Counted from the stretch's first letter, positions 36,199-45,490 are shown. The stretch is DNA of 45,592 nucleotides from Acidimicrobiales bacterium (GCA_051005375.1 JBPCJK010000151.1:1-45592); one strand, 5' to 3'. Program-made: numbers and translations. Notes: generated by a model not told the origin, from the letters alone.

Positions 36199-37761
36199 TC
36201 AATGCAAGAACTGGCGCTCGCCGGTGAGGACCATGGCCAGGCCCAGGCGGTCGGCGGTGGCCGTCACCTCCTCGTCTCGGACGGAGCCGCCGGGCTGGAC
36301 GACCACGGCCACGCCGGCGGCGGCCGCCGCCTCCACACCGTCGGGGAAAGGGTAGAAGCCGTCGGTGGCCGAAGCCCCGCCGGCCGCCCGCCCGACCGCC
36401 TTGGCGGTGGCGATCTCGCCCGCCCCTACCCGGCTCTGCTGGCCGGCCCCGATGCCGACGGCCTGGCCCCCCTTCACCAGCACCACGCAGTTCGACTTGA
36501 CGTGCCCGCACAGCCGCCAGGCCAGCTCGGCGTCGGCCCACTGCTCATCGCTGGGGGCGGTCCTGGTAACCACCTGCCAGCTAGGGCGGCCGACCACGAA
36601 GCGCTGGCGCTCCTGGGCCAGGAAGCCGCCGGCGAGCTGGCGAAGGTGGATGCGGTCGGCCAAAGGGGCCGGCGCTGACAGCACCCGGGTGTTCCTGCGC
36701 TTGGCCGCCAGCACCTCGACCACCCCGTCGTCGTAGCCCGGAGCGATCACCACGTCGGCCTGGGGGCCGGCCGCCATGCGCTCGGCGGTGGCCAGGTCGA
36801 CGATGCCGCCGAGGGCGACGATGCCGCCGAAGGCGGACTGCTGGTCACCCTCCAGGGCCCGCTGGTAGGCGGTGGCCAGGTCGGAGGCCAGCGCCGCCCC
36901 ACACGGGTTGGCGTGCTTGACGATGGCCACCGCAGCCCGGGCGCCCAGGCCCGCCAGGTCGTGCAGCTCGGCTAGGTCGTGCACCAGGGACCAGGCGGCG
37001 TCGGCGTCGTAGACGTTGAGGTAGGACAAGGGCAGGCCCAGGTGCTGGACGACCCCGTCCCACCAGCCGGTGCCCCCCATAATCCGGTAGCGCGCTCCCG
37101 CCTGGTGGGGGTTCTCGCCGTAGCGCAGCTCCTGAACCCGCTCCAGGGCCAGGTGGATCGTGGGCGGGAGGGGCCGCGCGCCATCGACGTGGCCTGAGGC
37201 GGAGTCGGTGGCGTCGAACCACCCCACGATGGCGGCGTCGTAGGCGGCGGTGTGGGCGAAGGCGGCCCGGGCCAGTCGCCGGCGGGTGACGTCCGACAGC
37301 CCGCTCTCCCCGCTCCCCGCCGACAGCTCCTCTAGCACCGGGCCGTAATCAGCCGGGTTGACCACCACCCCCACGCTGGCGTGGTTCTTGGCCGCTGCCC
37401 GCACCATGGCCGGCCCCCCGATGTCGATCATCTCGATCGAGGGATCGGAGCGGAAGGGGTAGAGGTTGGAAACCACCAGGTCGATGGGTTTGATGCCCCG
37501 GCGATCCAGCTCGGCCAGGTGCTCGGGCTTGGAGCGGTCGGCGAGGATGCCTCCGTGCAATGCAGGGTGCAGGGTCTTGACCCGGCCGTCGAGCATCTCG
37601 GGCGCCCCGGTCACCTCCTCGACCGGGCGCACCGCCAGGCCGGCGCCCACCAGCGCCGCCGCCGTCCCCCCGCTCGACACCAGGTCCCACCCCAGCCCCA
37701 CCAGGCCGCTGGCCAGCTCCACCAGGCCCGCCTTGTCGTAGACCGACAGTAACGCCCTCAT
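36199..37761 (-). CDS. purH: bifunctional AICAR transformylase / IMP cyclohydrolase
   Basis: 520 aa. [17 protein letters not shown]...SSGGTA...[10 protein letters not shown]...VVNLYPF...[15 protein letters not shown]...VKHANPCG...QPGGSVRD. Confidence 0.9.
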   Translation of the reverse strand: MRALLSVYDKAGLVELASGLVGLGWDLVSSGGTAAALVGAGLAVRPVEEVTGAPEMLDGRVKTLHPALHGGILADRSKPEHLAELDRRGIKPIDLVVSNLYPFRSDPSIEMIDIGGPAMVRAAAKNHASVGVVVNPADYGPVLEELSAGSGESGLSDVTRRRLARAAFAHTAAYDAAIVGWFDATDSASGHVDGARPLPPTIHLALERVQELRYGENPHQAGARYRIMGGTGWWDGVVQHLGLPLSYLNVYDADAAWSLVHDLAELHDLAGLGARAAVAIVKHANPCGAALASDLATAYQRALEGDQQSAFGGIVALGGIVDLATAERMAAGPQADVVIAPGYDDGVVEVLAAKRRNTRVLSAPAPLADRIHLRQLAGGFLAQERQRFVVGRPSWQVVTRTAPSDEQWADAELAWRLCGHVKSNCVVLVKGGQAVGIGAGQQSRVGAGEIATAKAVGRAAGGASATDGFYPFPDGVEAAAAAGVAVVVQPGGSVRDEEVTATADRLGLAMVLTGERQFLH

Positions 37762-38372
37762 CGGCCGGCACCCGTGAGAAAGGCGCGGATGGTACGGGGG
37801 TAGAGCCGGCGCTCGATCTCCTTGATGCGCTCGTGGAGCGTCTCCACGGTGTCGTCAGGGCGGACGGGCAACGCCTCCTGGGCCAGGATGGGGCCGGCGT
37901 CGACGTCCGCCGTGGCCAGGTGCACGGTGCAGCCCGTCACCTTGACCCCCGCCGCCAGCGCCTGGTCAACCGCGTGCCAACCGGGGAAGGCGGGCAGCAG
38001 AGCGGGGTGGGTGTTGAGGATCCTTCCCGGAAAGGCGTCGTGCACGGGCTTGTCGAGGACGGTCCCAAACCCGGCCATGACCACCAGCTCGACGCCGTGC
38101 TCGGCCAGGACGTCGACCAGGCGGTGGGTGTAGTCCAGCCGGTCGAAGTTCGCCCCGTAGCTCAGCCGCTCCACCAGCACCGCCTCCACCCCGGCCCCTG
38201 CGGCGACCTCGGCGGCCCGGCAGGAGCGGTCGAGCACCACCACAGCTACGTCGATCCCGTCCTCGACGATGGCATGGAGGATGGTCCCGCTCCCCGACGC
38301 CAGCACCCCGATGCGCACCGGGAGGACGGTACCAGCGGTGATTGCTGGACGATCGAGGTCGCTCAGCGACAC
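37758..38372 (-). CDS. purN: phosphoribosylglycinamide formyltransferase
   Basis: IGVLASGSGTIL...VVMAGFGTVL...ILNTHPALLPAFPG...GCTVHLATADVDAGPILAQ. Its stop overlaps the purH start. Confidence 0.85.
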   Translation of the reverse strand: MSLSDLDRPAITAGTVLPVRIGVLASGSGTILHAIVEDGIDVAVVVLDRSCRAAEVAAGAGVEAVLVERLSYGANFDRLDYTHRLVDVLAEHGVELVVMAGFGTVLDKPVHDAFPGRILNTHPALLPAFPGWHAVDQALAAGVKVTGCTVHLATADVDAGPILAQEALPVRPDDTVETLHERIKEIERRLYPRTIRAFLTGAGR

Positions 38373-38435
38373 GGAGCGTCCACAAATGCCCGGCCGACGG
38401 CCCGGACGCCCGCCGGCCGGCGCCGACGGCAGGCC

Positions 38436-39320
38436 TCAGAGAGCGGCCACGACCTCGGCCACCAGGACGGCGGCCTCGCTGGGGTTGGCGCCCACGGCCA
38501 CGCCCGCACGCTGCAGGGCCTCGATCTTGGCCCGGGCCGTCCCCCGGTTGCCCGACACGATGGCCCCGGCGTGGCCCATGCGCCGGCCGGGAGGGGCGGT
38601 CACCCCGGCCACGTAGGCCACCACCGGTGTCGTCATCCCCGCCGCCACGTACTCGGCCGCCTCCTCCTCGGCGGCGCCACCGATCTCGCCGATGAGCAAC
38701 ACCACCCTGGTGTCGGGGTCGGCCTCGAAGGCGGCCAGGCAGTCGACGAAGGTGGTGCCGGGGACGGGATCGCCGCCGATGCCCACGCAGGTGGTCTGGC
38801 CCACCCCGGCCTGGGTCAGCTCGTAGATGGCCTGGTAGGTGAGGGTCCCGGACCGGCTGACGATGCCCACCGGCCCACCGCCCATGGCGATCTCGCCGGC
38901 AGTGATGCCGATGTTGCACTTGCCCGGGCTGATGACCCCTGGGCAGTTGGGGCCGAGCAGGCGCACCTCCGGGTAGTCCTGGGCCAGGGTGGCGTGCATG
39001 CGGGCCTGGTCGTGGGTGGGGACGCCCTCGGTGATGACCACCACCAGCTCGACGCCACCGCCGGCCGCCTCCAGCACCGCCGGGAGCACGCCCGGGGCGG
39101 GGACGAAGACGCACGAGGCGCTGGCCCCGGTGGCCTCCACCGCCTCGCCCACGGTGGCAAAGATGGGGATCCCCTCGACATCGGTGCCCGCCTTGTTGGG
39201 GTTGGTCCCGGCCACCACCTGGGTCCCGTAGGCCCGGTTGCGCAACCCGTAGAACCGGCCCTGGCTGCCGGTCAGGCCCTGGTAGACGACGCGGGTCGTC
39301 TCGTCCACCAGGATGGTCAC
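38436..39320 (-). CDS. sucD: succinate--CoA ligase subunit alpha
   Basis: 294 aa. [13 protein letters not shown]...[11 protein letters not shown]...[11 protein letters not shown]...GIGGDP...MGHAGAI. Confidence 0.9.
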   Translation of the reverse strand: MTILVDETTRVVYQGLTGSQGRFYGLRNRAYGTQVVAGTNPNKAGTDVEGIPIFATVGEAVEATGASASCVFVPAPGVLPAVLEAAGGGVELVVVITEGVPTHDQARMHATLAQDYPEVRLLGPNCPGVISPGKCNIGITAGEIAMGGGPVGIVSRSGTLTYQAIYELTQAGVGQTTCVGIGGDPVPGTTFVDCLAAFEADPDTRVVLLIGEIGGAAEEEAAEYVAAGMTTPVVAYVAGVTAPPGRRMGHAGAIVSGNRGTARAKIEALQRAGVAVGANPSEAAVLVAEVVAAL

Positions 39321-40495
39321 GAGGTGGCCCTGGGTGCCCGGGCGGCCTGGGGGTTGGTGGCGGCCAGCTCCACGGCGGTGCGGGCGGCGTCGACCATGGT
39401 CGTGCGGGAGCGCAGGCGGTCCGACTCGTGGTCGGCGAGGATGGCCCGACCTTCGGCGGCGTTGGTGCCGTCGAGGCGGACCACGATGGGCGACGCCAGC
39501 TCCACCCGCTCCAGGGCCTCGACGATGCCGGTGGCGACCTCCTCGCCCCTGGTGATGCCGCCGAAGATGTTGACCAGGATGGCCGCCACCCTGGGGTCGT
39601 CATTGATCACCTCGAGGGCGGCGGTCATGACCTCGGCCTTGGCCCCTCCGCCGATGTCGAGGAAGTTGGCCGGGGTGCCACCCACCTGGGCAACCACGTC
39701 GAGGGTGCTCATGGCCAGGCCGGCGCCGTTGGCGATGATCCCGACGGTGCCGTCGAGGCCGACGTACTGCAGGCCCCGGGCTCGGGCCGCCTGCTCGCGG
39801 GCGTCGCCGCCCTGGGTGGCGGCGTAGTCGTCCCAGTCGAGGTGGCGAAAGGACGCACTGTCGTCGAGGGTGACCTTGGCGTCGAGCGCCACCAGGTCGC
39901 CGGCGGCGGTGACCACCAGGGGGTTGACCTCCACCAGCTCGGCGTCGCCCTCGGCGTAGGCGATCCACAGCCGCCCCAGCAGGTCCACGGCGTCGTCGAC
40001 GACAGCGCTGTCCAGGCCGGCGGCGTCCACCCATGACCGGCACTGCGCCTCGGACAGGCCGCCGACCGGATCGACGTGGATTCGAGCTACCGCGGCGGGG
40101 TCCTCGACGGCGACCTGTTCGATGTCGACGCCCCCCCGCCTCGACAGCAGGCCCAGGTGGGTGCGGGCAGCGCGGTCGAGGGTGAAGCTCACGTAGTGCT
40201 CGGCGGCGATGTCGCTGGCCCGCTCCACCCACAGGCGCCCGACCGAGTGGCCGCCGATGTCCATGCCCAGGATGACGCTGGCGGCGGCGGCGACCTCGGT
40301 GCCGTCGGCGGCCAGGCGGATGCCGCCGGCCTTGCCTCGGCCCCCGACCCGGACCTGGGCCTTGACCACCACCGGGAAGCCCAACCGTTCGGCGGCGGCG
40401 ATGGCGTTGTCAACGTCGTCGGCCACCTCACCGGCAGGCACAGGCACGGCGTACGAGGCCAGGAGCTGCTTGCCCTGGTACTCGTAGAGGTCCAT
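39317..40495 (-). CDS. sucC: succinate--CoA ligase subunit beta
   Basis: ATG at 40495 gives MDLYEYQGKQLL...VVKAQVRVGGRGKAGG...IIANGAGLAMSTLD...NFLDIGGGA...NIFGGITR. The longer ORF to 40948 is a non-homologous upstream extension. Confidence 0.9.
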   Translation of the reverse strand: MDLYEYQGKQLLASYAVPVPAGEVADDVDNAIAAAERLGFPVVVKAQVRVGGRGKAGGIRLAADGTEVAAAASVILGMDIGGHSVGRLWVERASDIAAEHYVSFTLDRAARTHLGLLSRRGGVDIEQVAVEDPAAVARIHVDPVGGLSEAQCRSWVDAAGLDSAVVDDAVDLLGRLWIAYAEGDAELVEVNPLVVTAAGDLVALDAKVTLDDSASFRHLDWDDYAATQGGDAREQAARARGLQYVGLDGTVGIIANGAGLAMSTLDVVAQVGGTPANFLDIGGGAKAEVMTAALEVINDDPRVAAILVNIFGGITRGEEVATGIVEALERVELASPIVVRLDGTNAAEGRAILADHESDRLRSRTTMVDAARTAVELAATNPQAARAPRATS

Positions 40496-40513
40496 CGCGT
40501 GGATACTAGGCAG

Positions 40514-40966
40514 GTGCAGGCCCGGCGCTCGGTGGTGGTCGGGGTGGCGGCGGTGGTGGCTGGCCTGGCCCTGTTCGGGGGTCTGGCCCTGCTGTCGGGT
40601 TGGGGGCGGATCCAGCCCAACCTGGGCGACGAGGTGTTCGTGGCCGGGCGGGTCGACCGGCTGGCCGCCAACATCGAGCGCGACGGCCCCATCGCCTTCC
40701 CCGACGCCTCCCCCCGGCGGGGACGTGACATCTACCTCCAGCACCTGGGCGGCGCCCCCGAGGAGGGGTGGCTGGCCTTCTCGGCCCAGGCCTCTGGGGC
40801 CGAGCGTCGCTGCCTGCTCCAGTGGGCGCCCGGAGATCGGGTGCTCGTCGATCCGTGCAGCGGCAGCCGCTACCCGGCCGACGGCAAGGGCCTCACCCAG
40901 TACCGCACCATCGTGGAAGGTGGAGTGGTATCGGTCGACCTCCGTCAACCGGTGCCGCCGGCCTGA
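40514..40966 (+). CDS. hypothetical N-terminally membrane-anchored protein
   Basis: GTG at 40514 gives VQARRSVVVGVAAVVAGLALFGGLALL..., then a soluble ~120-aa domain. GC3-rich. Divergent from sucC. Confidence 0.5.
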   Translation: MQARRSVVVGVAAVVAGLALFGGLALLSGWGRIQPNLGDEVFVAGRVDRLAANIERDGPIAFPDASPRRGRDIYLQHLGGAPEEGWLAFSAQASGAERRCLLQWAPGDRVLVDPCSGSRYPADGKGLTQYRTIVEGGVVSVDLRQPVPPA

Positions 40967-40967
40967 G

Positions 40968-41120
40968 CTAGCCCAGCAGCATGCGCATGGGTTGGAGCCG
41001 GCGGGAGAACGGGTTCAGGACGAGGCCGAGGTTCTCCAGGGTGACGACGCCGAGGAGGGGCTCGTCGCCCTCCTGGCCGAGGATGACTGGGGTGTGGGCA
41101 GTGCCCTGGGGCAGCTGACC
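40968..41120 (-). pseudogene. possible C-terminal remnant of a retropepsin-like (clan AA) aspartic protease
   Basis: The last ~48 codons read ...TPVILGQEGDEPLLGVVTLENLGLVLNPFSRRLQPMRMLLG*, resembling the LLG...L..lgl.vD....rL tail of small bacterial aspartyl proteases. Upstream the frame runs antisense into vapB with no protease-like sequence. Recognition is from memory of the family pattern only. Confidence 0.3.
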
Positions 41121-41123
41121 ACC

Positions 41124-41381
41124 ATGGGCTCGCTGCTGCAGATCAGGGACGCGCCGGATGACGTGCGCCGAGCGCTGAAGGCCAGGGCGGCAGCTTGCGA
41201 ACAGTCGCTAAACACACACCTGCTCCACCTCCTCGAGCGCGAAGGCGCCCGCCCGACGGTTGGGGATGTCCTGGATCGCGCCGCCCAGCGAGCAGAGCGG
41301 GCCAGCGTCTCGGCCGTCGACATGCTCGACGCCGCACGTGCCGAGCGCGACGGCGAGATGCGCGCTCGGACCCGCACGTGA
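41124..41381 (+). CDS. vapB: VapB/FitA-like antitoxin
   Basis: MGSLLQIRDAPDDVRRALKARAAACEQSLNTHLLHLLERE..., the typical FitA/Arc-like antitoxin N-terminus. Its stop overlaps the GTG of the PIN gene (GTGA). Confidence 0.7.
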   Translation: MGSLLQIRDAPDDVRRALKARAAACEQSLNTHLLHLLEREGARPTVGDVLDRAAQRAERASVSAVDMLDAARAERDGEMRARTRT

Positions 41382-41654
41382 TCGTCGTCGATTGGGCCGC
41401 GGTGGTCGACGCCCTGACTGCGGTCGAGGGCACCCGGGAGCTCTGCGCCCGGCTGGCGAACGAGGAGCTCTGTGCACCAGCGCTGCTCTACTTCGAGCTT
41501 GTCTCCGCGCTCCGGGGACTGACGCTGGGCAGGCACCTCAGCCCCACCAGGGCTGAGGATGTCCTGACCGACTTCGACGACCTGGAGATCCGGCGGTGGC
41601 CTTCAGGAGACGAGCTGCGGCGCCGGGCCTTCCAGCTGCGCGACGACGTGTCGC
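41378..41654 (+). pseudogene. vapC: VapC (PIN-domain) toxin, 3'-truncated by IS21-family sequence
   Basis: VIVVDWAAVVDALTAVEG...ELCAPALLYFELVSALRGL...RAEDVLTDFDDLEIRRWP...RRAFQLRDDVS. The same reading frame then continues directly into IstA-like sequence, so the C-terminal acidic residues of the PIN fold are missing. Confidence 0.6.
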
Positions 41655-42324
41655 GCAGCCTGGACGGGGCCTGCCCGATGGCGGTCTTCGAGGCGGTCGA
41701 GCGCCCGGCCCTGATCGCCCTGCCCGCCTCGCCCTTCGAGCTGGCGGCCTGGTCGAGGCCCAAGGTCGGCGCCGACTGCCACATCCGGGTGGGCAAGGCG
41801 CTGTACTCGCTGCCGTGGCGCTACATCGGCGCTCTACGTCGACGCCCGGGCCAGCGACTCCACCGTCGAGGTCTTCGTCGACGCCAAGGTGGTCAAGACC
41901 TGGGCTCGCATCGACAGCGGCCGCCGGACCGACTGGGAGGACTACCCGCCCGAGAAGGTGGCGTTCTTCATGCGCACCCCGACGTGGTGTCGACACCGAG
42001 CCGAGGAGCTGGGCACCACGGTGGCCGCCGTGGTGGGTGAGCTGCTCGCCACCAACGCCTTGCACCGGCTGCGCTCTGCCCAGGGCGTGGTCGGCCTGGC
42101 CGATCGCCACTCCCCCGAGCGCCTGGAGGCGGCGTGCGCCCGGGCGCTGGCGGCCGGTGATCCCTGCTATCGCACCATCAAGGGCATCCTCGCCGCCGGC
42201 ACCGAGTCCGATGATGCCCCGGAGCCGGCCGTTCCCGCCGCCCCCGCCCACCTCCACGACCCGGATCGCCTCTTCGACGCTGGCCGGCGACGCCGCCGGT
42301 GCCGACGAGGAGGAGGCATCGTGA
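41655..42324 (+). pseudogene. istA: IS21 transposase IstA, C-terminal fragment with frameshifts
   Basis: Lacks the HTH and DDE catalytic N-terminal two thirds. The coding signal changes frame near 41830 and near 42285. The terminal GTGA overlaps the istB start. Confidence 0.6.
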
Positions 42325-43068
42325 CCCGGCGCCACCAACTCGAGACCAGCCTCAAGGCCCTGGCCCTGTCGGGCATGCTCGACACCCCTCGAGGCCCGCC
42401 TGGCCCAGACCCATGCCGGTGACCACGGCCACCTGGAGTTCCTCGCCCTGTGCGAAGACGAGATCGCTCGGCGTGAGGCGGCAGCCCTGGCCCGTCGCCT
42501 CCGTGGTGCCCGCTTCGAGTCGGCCGCCACCATCGAGGACTTCGACTTCTCCTTCAAGGCCAAGATCCCCGGGGCGCGCATCCGCGACCTCGCCACCCTT
42601 CGTTTCCTCGACGCCGGGGAGTCCATCGTCTTGCACGGCCCGGTCGGGGTGGGCAAGTCCCACATCGCCCAGGCCCTCGGCCATGCCGCCTGCCGGCGGG
42701 GCCACGCCGTGGTCTTCACCAAGACCAGCCGCCTCCTCGCCGACCTCGCCGGCGGCCACGCCGATCGCTCCTGGGAGGCCCGGCTCCGGCGCTGGGCCCG
42801 CCCGGCGATGCCTCATCTTGGACGACTTCGCCATGCGCGACTTCACCGTCACCCAGGCCGATGACCTCTATGAGCTCATCAGCGAGCGGGCCGGTCGCTC
42901 ACTGGTGATCACCGCCAACCGAGCCGCCGAGGACTGGTACTCGCTGTTTCCAACCCGGTGGTGGCCGAGTCGATCTTGGACCGGGTGGTCAACGGCGCCC
43001 ACCACCTCCACCTGGCCGGACGCAGCTACCGCTCCAAAGCTGGCCCCGGCGCCGGGGCCAGCTCGTGA
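42321..43068 (+). pseudogene. istB: IS21 helper ATPase IstB, at least three frameshifts
   Basis: A GAGGAGGAGG SD lies before GTG 42321. The IstB signal is spread over all three plus-strand frames, returning to the first for the C-terminal part (changes near 42395, 42800 and 42955). Walker A GPVGVGKS and Walker B LILDD are present. Confidence 0.65.
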
Positions 43069-43238
43069 GCGCCGTGTCAGACATCGCCGATCTGCTCGCC
43101 GACCTGCGTCGCCTCAGCGAGCGAAACCCCGAAGCCCTCGCCAGACGCGACCAGATCCTGGCCGCCAAGCGGACACTGGTGGCCCGCATCGAGGCTGACG
43201 GCGACGCTGCCAACTCAAATCCCAGGCCTCCGCAGTGA
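43065..43238 (+). CDS. hypothetical small helical protein (57 aa)
   Basis: GTG overlaps the istB stop (GTGA). Product is VSAVSDIADLLADLRRLSERNPEALARRDQILAAKRTLVARIEADGDAANSNPRPPQ. Below the ORF-track length cut-off, so read directly from the sequence. Confidence 0.35.
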   Translation: MSAVSDIADLLADLRRLSERNPEALARRDQILAAKRTLVARIEADGDAANSNPRPPQ

Positions 43239-43547
43239 TCTGCGCCCGCCCGGACTGCGAGAACCCGGGCGCAACCCCAGGGGTCGGCCTGCCGCCTACT
43301 GCTCACCGGCGTGTCGGCCCAGCCGTCACCGATGGTCACCGGGGCCCGTCACCGTCGAGGTCGAACACCCCGACGTCAGCCCCGACGGACGACCGCCGAG
43401 CGGGTCTGGACCGTCACCCTTCGGCGCGGCCAGCGAAGCGTGGTGCTCGCCAACGACCTCGGCTGGCCCTCGGCTCACGCCCTCGCACGCCAGCTGGAAG
43501 ACCTGCTCCACACCTCGGTCCACCCTCGAGGGGGCGCCATCGACTAG
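43235..43547 (+). pseudogene. hypothetical Cys-motif protein, apparently frame-disrupted
   Basis: GTG overlaps the previous stop. MICARPDCENPGA... is in one frame, GRPAAYCSPACR (a CxxxxC...RPxxYCSxxCR-type motif) in a second, and ...ERVWTVTLRRGQRSVVLANDLGWPSAHALARQLEDLLH in a third (ORF 43311..43547). Confidence 0.3.
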
Positions 43548-43642
43548 ACACTGATCCCAGGAGTCCGGTGGGGAATAACGGCGGCGTCGGGCTAGGGAAT
43601 TACGTCGGCGTTGACACTTGTCGCGCCCCAAGATCCTCAGTA

Positions 43643-43735
43643 GTCGCACCCCGTCGCACCCCGTCGCACCCCGTCGCACCCCGTCGCACCCCGTCGCACC
43701 CCGTCGCACCCCGTCGCACCCGTCGCACCCGTCGC
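43643..43735. repeat. tandem array: 7 x 10-bp GTCGCACCCC, then 2 x 9-bp GTCGCACCC and a partial unit
   Basis: Read directly. Unit starts are at 43643, 43653, 43663, 43673, 43683, 43693, 43703, 43713, 43722 and 43731. Confidence 0.95.
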
Positions 43736-43882
43736 TCCAGAAGTTCCAGATGATCAGGATGAGGGTGTGCGCCGAGGCGAGGATGGTGAGCGGCGGCCGA
43801 AGCTGCCCCGCAGAGAGCCACACGTCGAGGTGCCGAGCGGCGTCTCGACGTCATCCTGACGTCCGCCGCGTAAACCACCGAT

Positions 43883-43908
43883 GGGTTCGGGGCTACGCCC
43901 CCGAACCC
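43883..43908 (-). terminator. candidate stem-loop terminator for the low-GC minus-strand operon
   Basis: GGGTTCGGGG/CCCCGAACCC is a perfect 10-bp stem with a 6-nt loop, about 70 nt downstream of the stop of 43976..44389. Only a weak T-rich tail follows on the minus strand. Confidence 0.35.
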
Positions 43909-43975
43909 GGGCTGCCGCCCCCTCGTCCCTCCGTTTCCACACGTCCGTTGGATTGGGGGAGGTTTCGTGTCTGCT

Positions 43976-44389
43976 CTAGTCGCTTGGCGGCTTTGGGCCG
44001 TTCGTAGGGTCAATGGGTGGCGTTAGTGGTTCAAATGGCAAGCCGAGCGGTGTTGGCGGCGGATCGTCAGGGCCCATGCCAATGACTGGCGGCATTTCCT
44101 CGCCAACATCGTCACAAACCTGAAATCTCCTTCCCCACCGCATGCAGACCTCGCCTGGTTCCGATTCCCACGTGACCAGCTCACCCGCCTGGATGACCTT
44201 GTTGGCGATCTCTGTATCGCTCAGGACGTTGGCATCGTCTCTACCTAGGTCGAGGCTGCCGACGATCAGACCCCCGAGGAAAAAGCCGATCATTCCTATA
44301 GCCACAGTTGCCGATATCCTCTGCGCTCTAATCACAAATGTCAACCTACCCGCAGCATTGTTGAATCGAGACCAACCGGCGCCGAACAA
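43976..44389 (-). CDS. hypothetical membrane-anchored protein with Pro-rich C-terminus
   Basis: Has a TM segment ATVAIGMIGFFLGGLIVGSL, then a soluble part with two Cys and a PPxP-rich tail. TTG at 44389 or GTG at 44335 are possible starts. Low GC. Confidence 0.5.
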   Translation of the reverse strand: MFGAGWSRFNNAAGRLTFVIRAQRISATVAIGMIGFFLGGLIVGSLDLGRDDANVLSDTEIANKVIQAGELVTWESEPGEVCMRWGRRFQVCDDVGEEMPPVIGMGPDDPPPTPLGLPFEPLTPPIDPTNGPKPPSD

Positions 44390-44504
44390 CTCACACTGGC
44401 GGACTCCGCCTCTAATACGCCAATCCGAGACTCAGGATCGGAGACAGGAGCAGTCGAGGCCACTCCTGACTCAGCAGTCGTTACGCGACGGTCGAGCTAT
44501 CCCG

Positions 44505-44897
44505 CTACCGTCTCTCCCTTCCTTCTCCAGGACCGGCCTGAATTGGACTCAACCCATCCGCATACCGCTCAGAACGTTCGAGCAGCTCCTTCGCTTCGTC
44601 GTAGGTGATCCCCAGTCCCTCTGCGACGTCTTCCGCTGTCGGTTGTACCGAGCTTGTCACCGCTTGGCCCAGAGCGCCGGCACGTTGAGCGTCCTGTTCA
44701 CTGATGGGAGGAGGCGGCGGCATCATTTCGGCCGGAGGCTTGGGTGATGCGGTAGGGGTACTCCTGTCGGCTGACGACGCCGCTCCAGCTCCTACCAATA
44801 CCAGGGCGCCCACGGCTAGCGGGGCGACGATGGTGGTAGCAATGCGCTGCCCCCTCGTCAAGTGGATCCGGTTCCGACCTCTTGTGAGCTGTTTCAT
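44505..44897 (-). CDS. hypothetical secreted/anchored protein
   Basis: A strong SD (AGGAGGGG) precedes ATG 44897. MKQLTRGRNRIHLTRGQRIATTIVAPLAVGALVLVGAGAASSA has a signal-like N-terminus. 11 nt downstream of the previous gene. Confidence 0.6.
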   Translation of the reverse strand: MKQLTRGRNRIHLTRGQRIATTIVAPLAVGALVLVGAGAASSADRSTPTASPKPPAEMMPPPPPISEQDAQRAGALGQAVTSSVQPTAEDVAEGLGITYDEAKELLERSERYADGLSPIQAGPGEGRERR

Positions 44898-44908
44898 GTG
44901 ACCCCTCC

Positions 44909-45418
44909 TCATGCTGGAAGTAGATGGTAGCCGGCAGTTCCTGCCCACCCGCCGCGGAATCCCCAGTCGTCGGCCGTTGCCCTCGCGACGGAGTTGCTCC
45001 AGGTCGTGTAGTAGCCGGGACCACACGGAATGCTGTAGTTCCAGCTAACATAACTTTGGGCGACCGACCCGGTACGGTACTGCCATGCGGAGATCATGCA
45101 GCGTTGCCAGACTTGACCATCCCAATGGTCTACCTGCAGCTGAATGGCATGTTGGTACACATATGCGAATGGTCGTTCCGAACACGGGGCCCACTGAGGG
45201 TCGGCTGTGCGTGTCTGTACGTCACCTTTGGAGTAGCCACCGCCACTTCCGTGACTGATCTCAGCTCTACCACGCACACACATGTTGCCGGTGGTTGCTA
45301 CGTCCGACCACTGGTAAATGTAGTGCGCCATCGCTGGCGCTTGCGACAGCGTCATCACGGCAGCCACTACGGCCACAACGGAAGCTGCCATTTTCTTTGA
45401 TCGTGATGCCACTGACAT
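44909..45418 (-). CDS. hypothetical secreted protein (Trp/Tyr-rich, 4 Cys)
   Basis: A GAGGAGGG SD lies 8 nt before ATG 45418. The signal peptide is MSVASRSKKMAASVVAVVAAVMTLSQAPAMA. The mature part is rich in W/Y/Q. Low GC. Confidence 0.65.
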   Translation of the reverse strand: MSVASRSKKMAASVVAVVAAVMTLSQAPAMAHYIYQWSDVATTGNMCVRGRAEISHGSGGGYSKGDVQTRTADPQWAPCSERPFAYVYQHAIQLQVDHWDGQVWQRCMISAWQYRTGSVAQSYVSWNYSIPCGPGYYTTWSNSVARATADDWGFRGGWAGTAGYHLLPA

Positions 45419-45490
45419 CCGTAGGTCCCTCCTCAAAGTTCCATCTGCCGACGACTGAACCTAAACCGGCTCTCCTGACGAGCATGTGGG

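Larger units (their letters stand above)
41655..43068 (+). mobile_element. IS21-family remnant (5'-truncated istA + frame-disrupted istB)
   Basis: IstA C-terminal-like sequence (FEAVERPALIALPASPFELAAWSRPKVGADCHIRVGKALYSLPWRYIG...VEVFVDAKVVKTWARI...) is followed by IstB (GPVGVGKSHIAQALGHAACRRG...LILDDFAMRD...LVITANRAAEDWYSLFPNPVVAESILDRVVNGAHHLHL). The left boundary is approximate. No terminal inverted repeats identified. Confidence 0.7.

Noticed and set aside
39317-40948. 543-aa version of sucC starting at 40948.
   Set aside because: The first ~150 residues are non-homologous Gly/Pro/His-rich sequence antisense to the 40514..40966 gene. The canonical MDLYEYQGKQLL start is at 40495.
43643-43735. 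CRISPR array hypothesis for the 10-bp repeats.
   Set aside because: Units are contiguous with no spacers and far shorter than CRISPR repeats. No cas genes are in the window.
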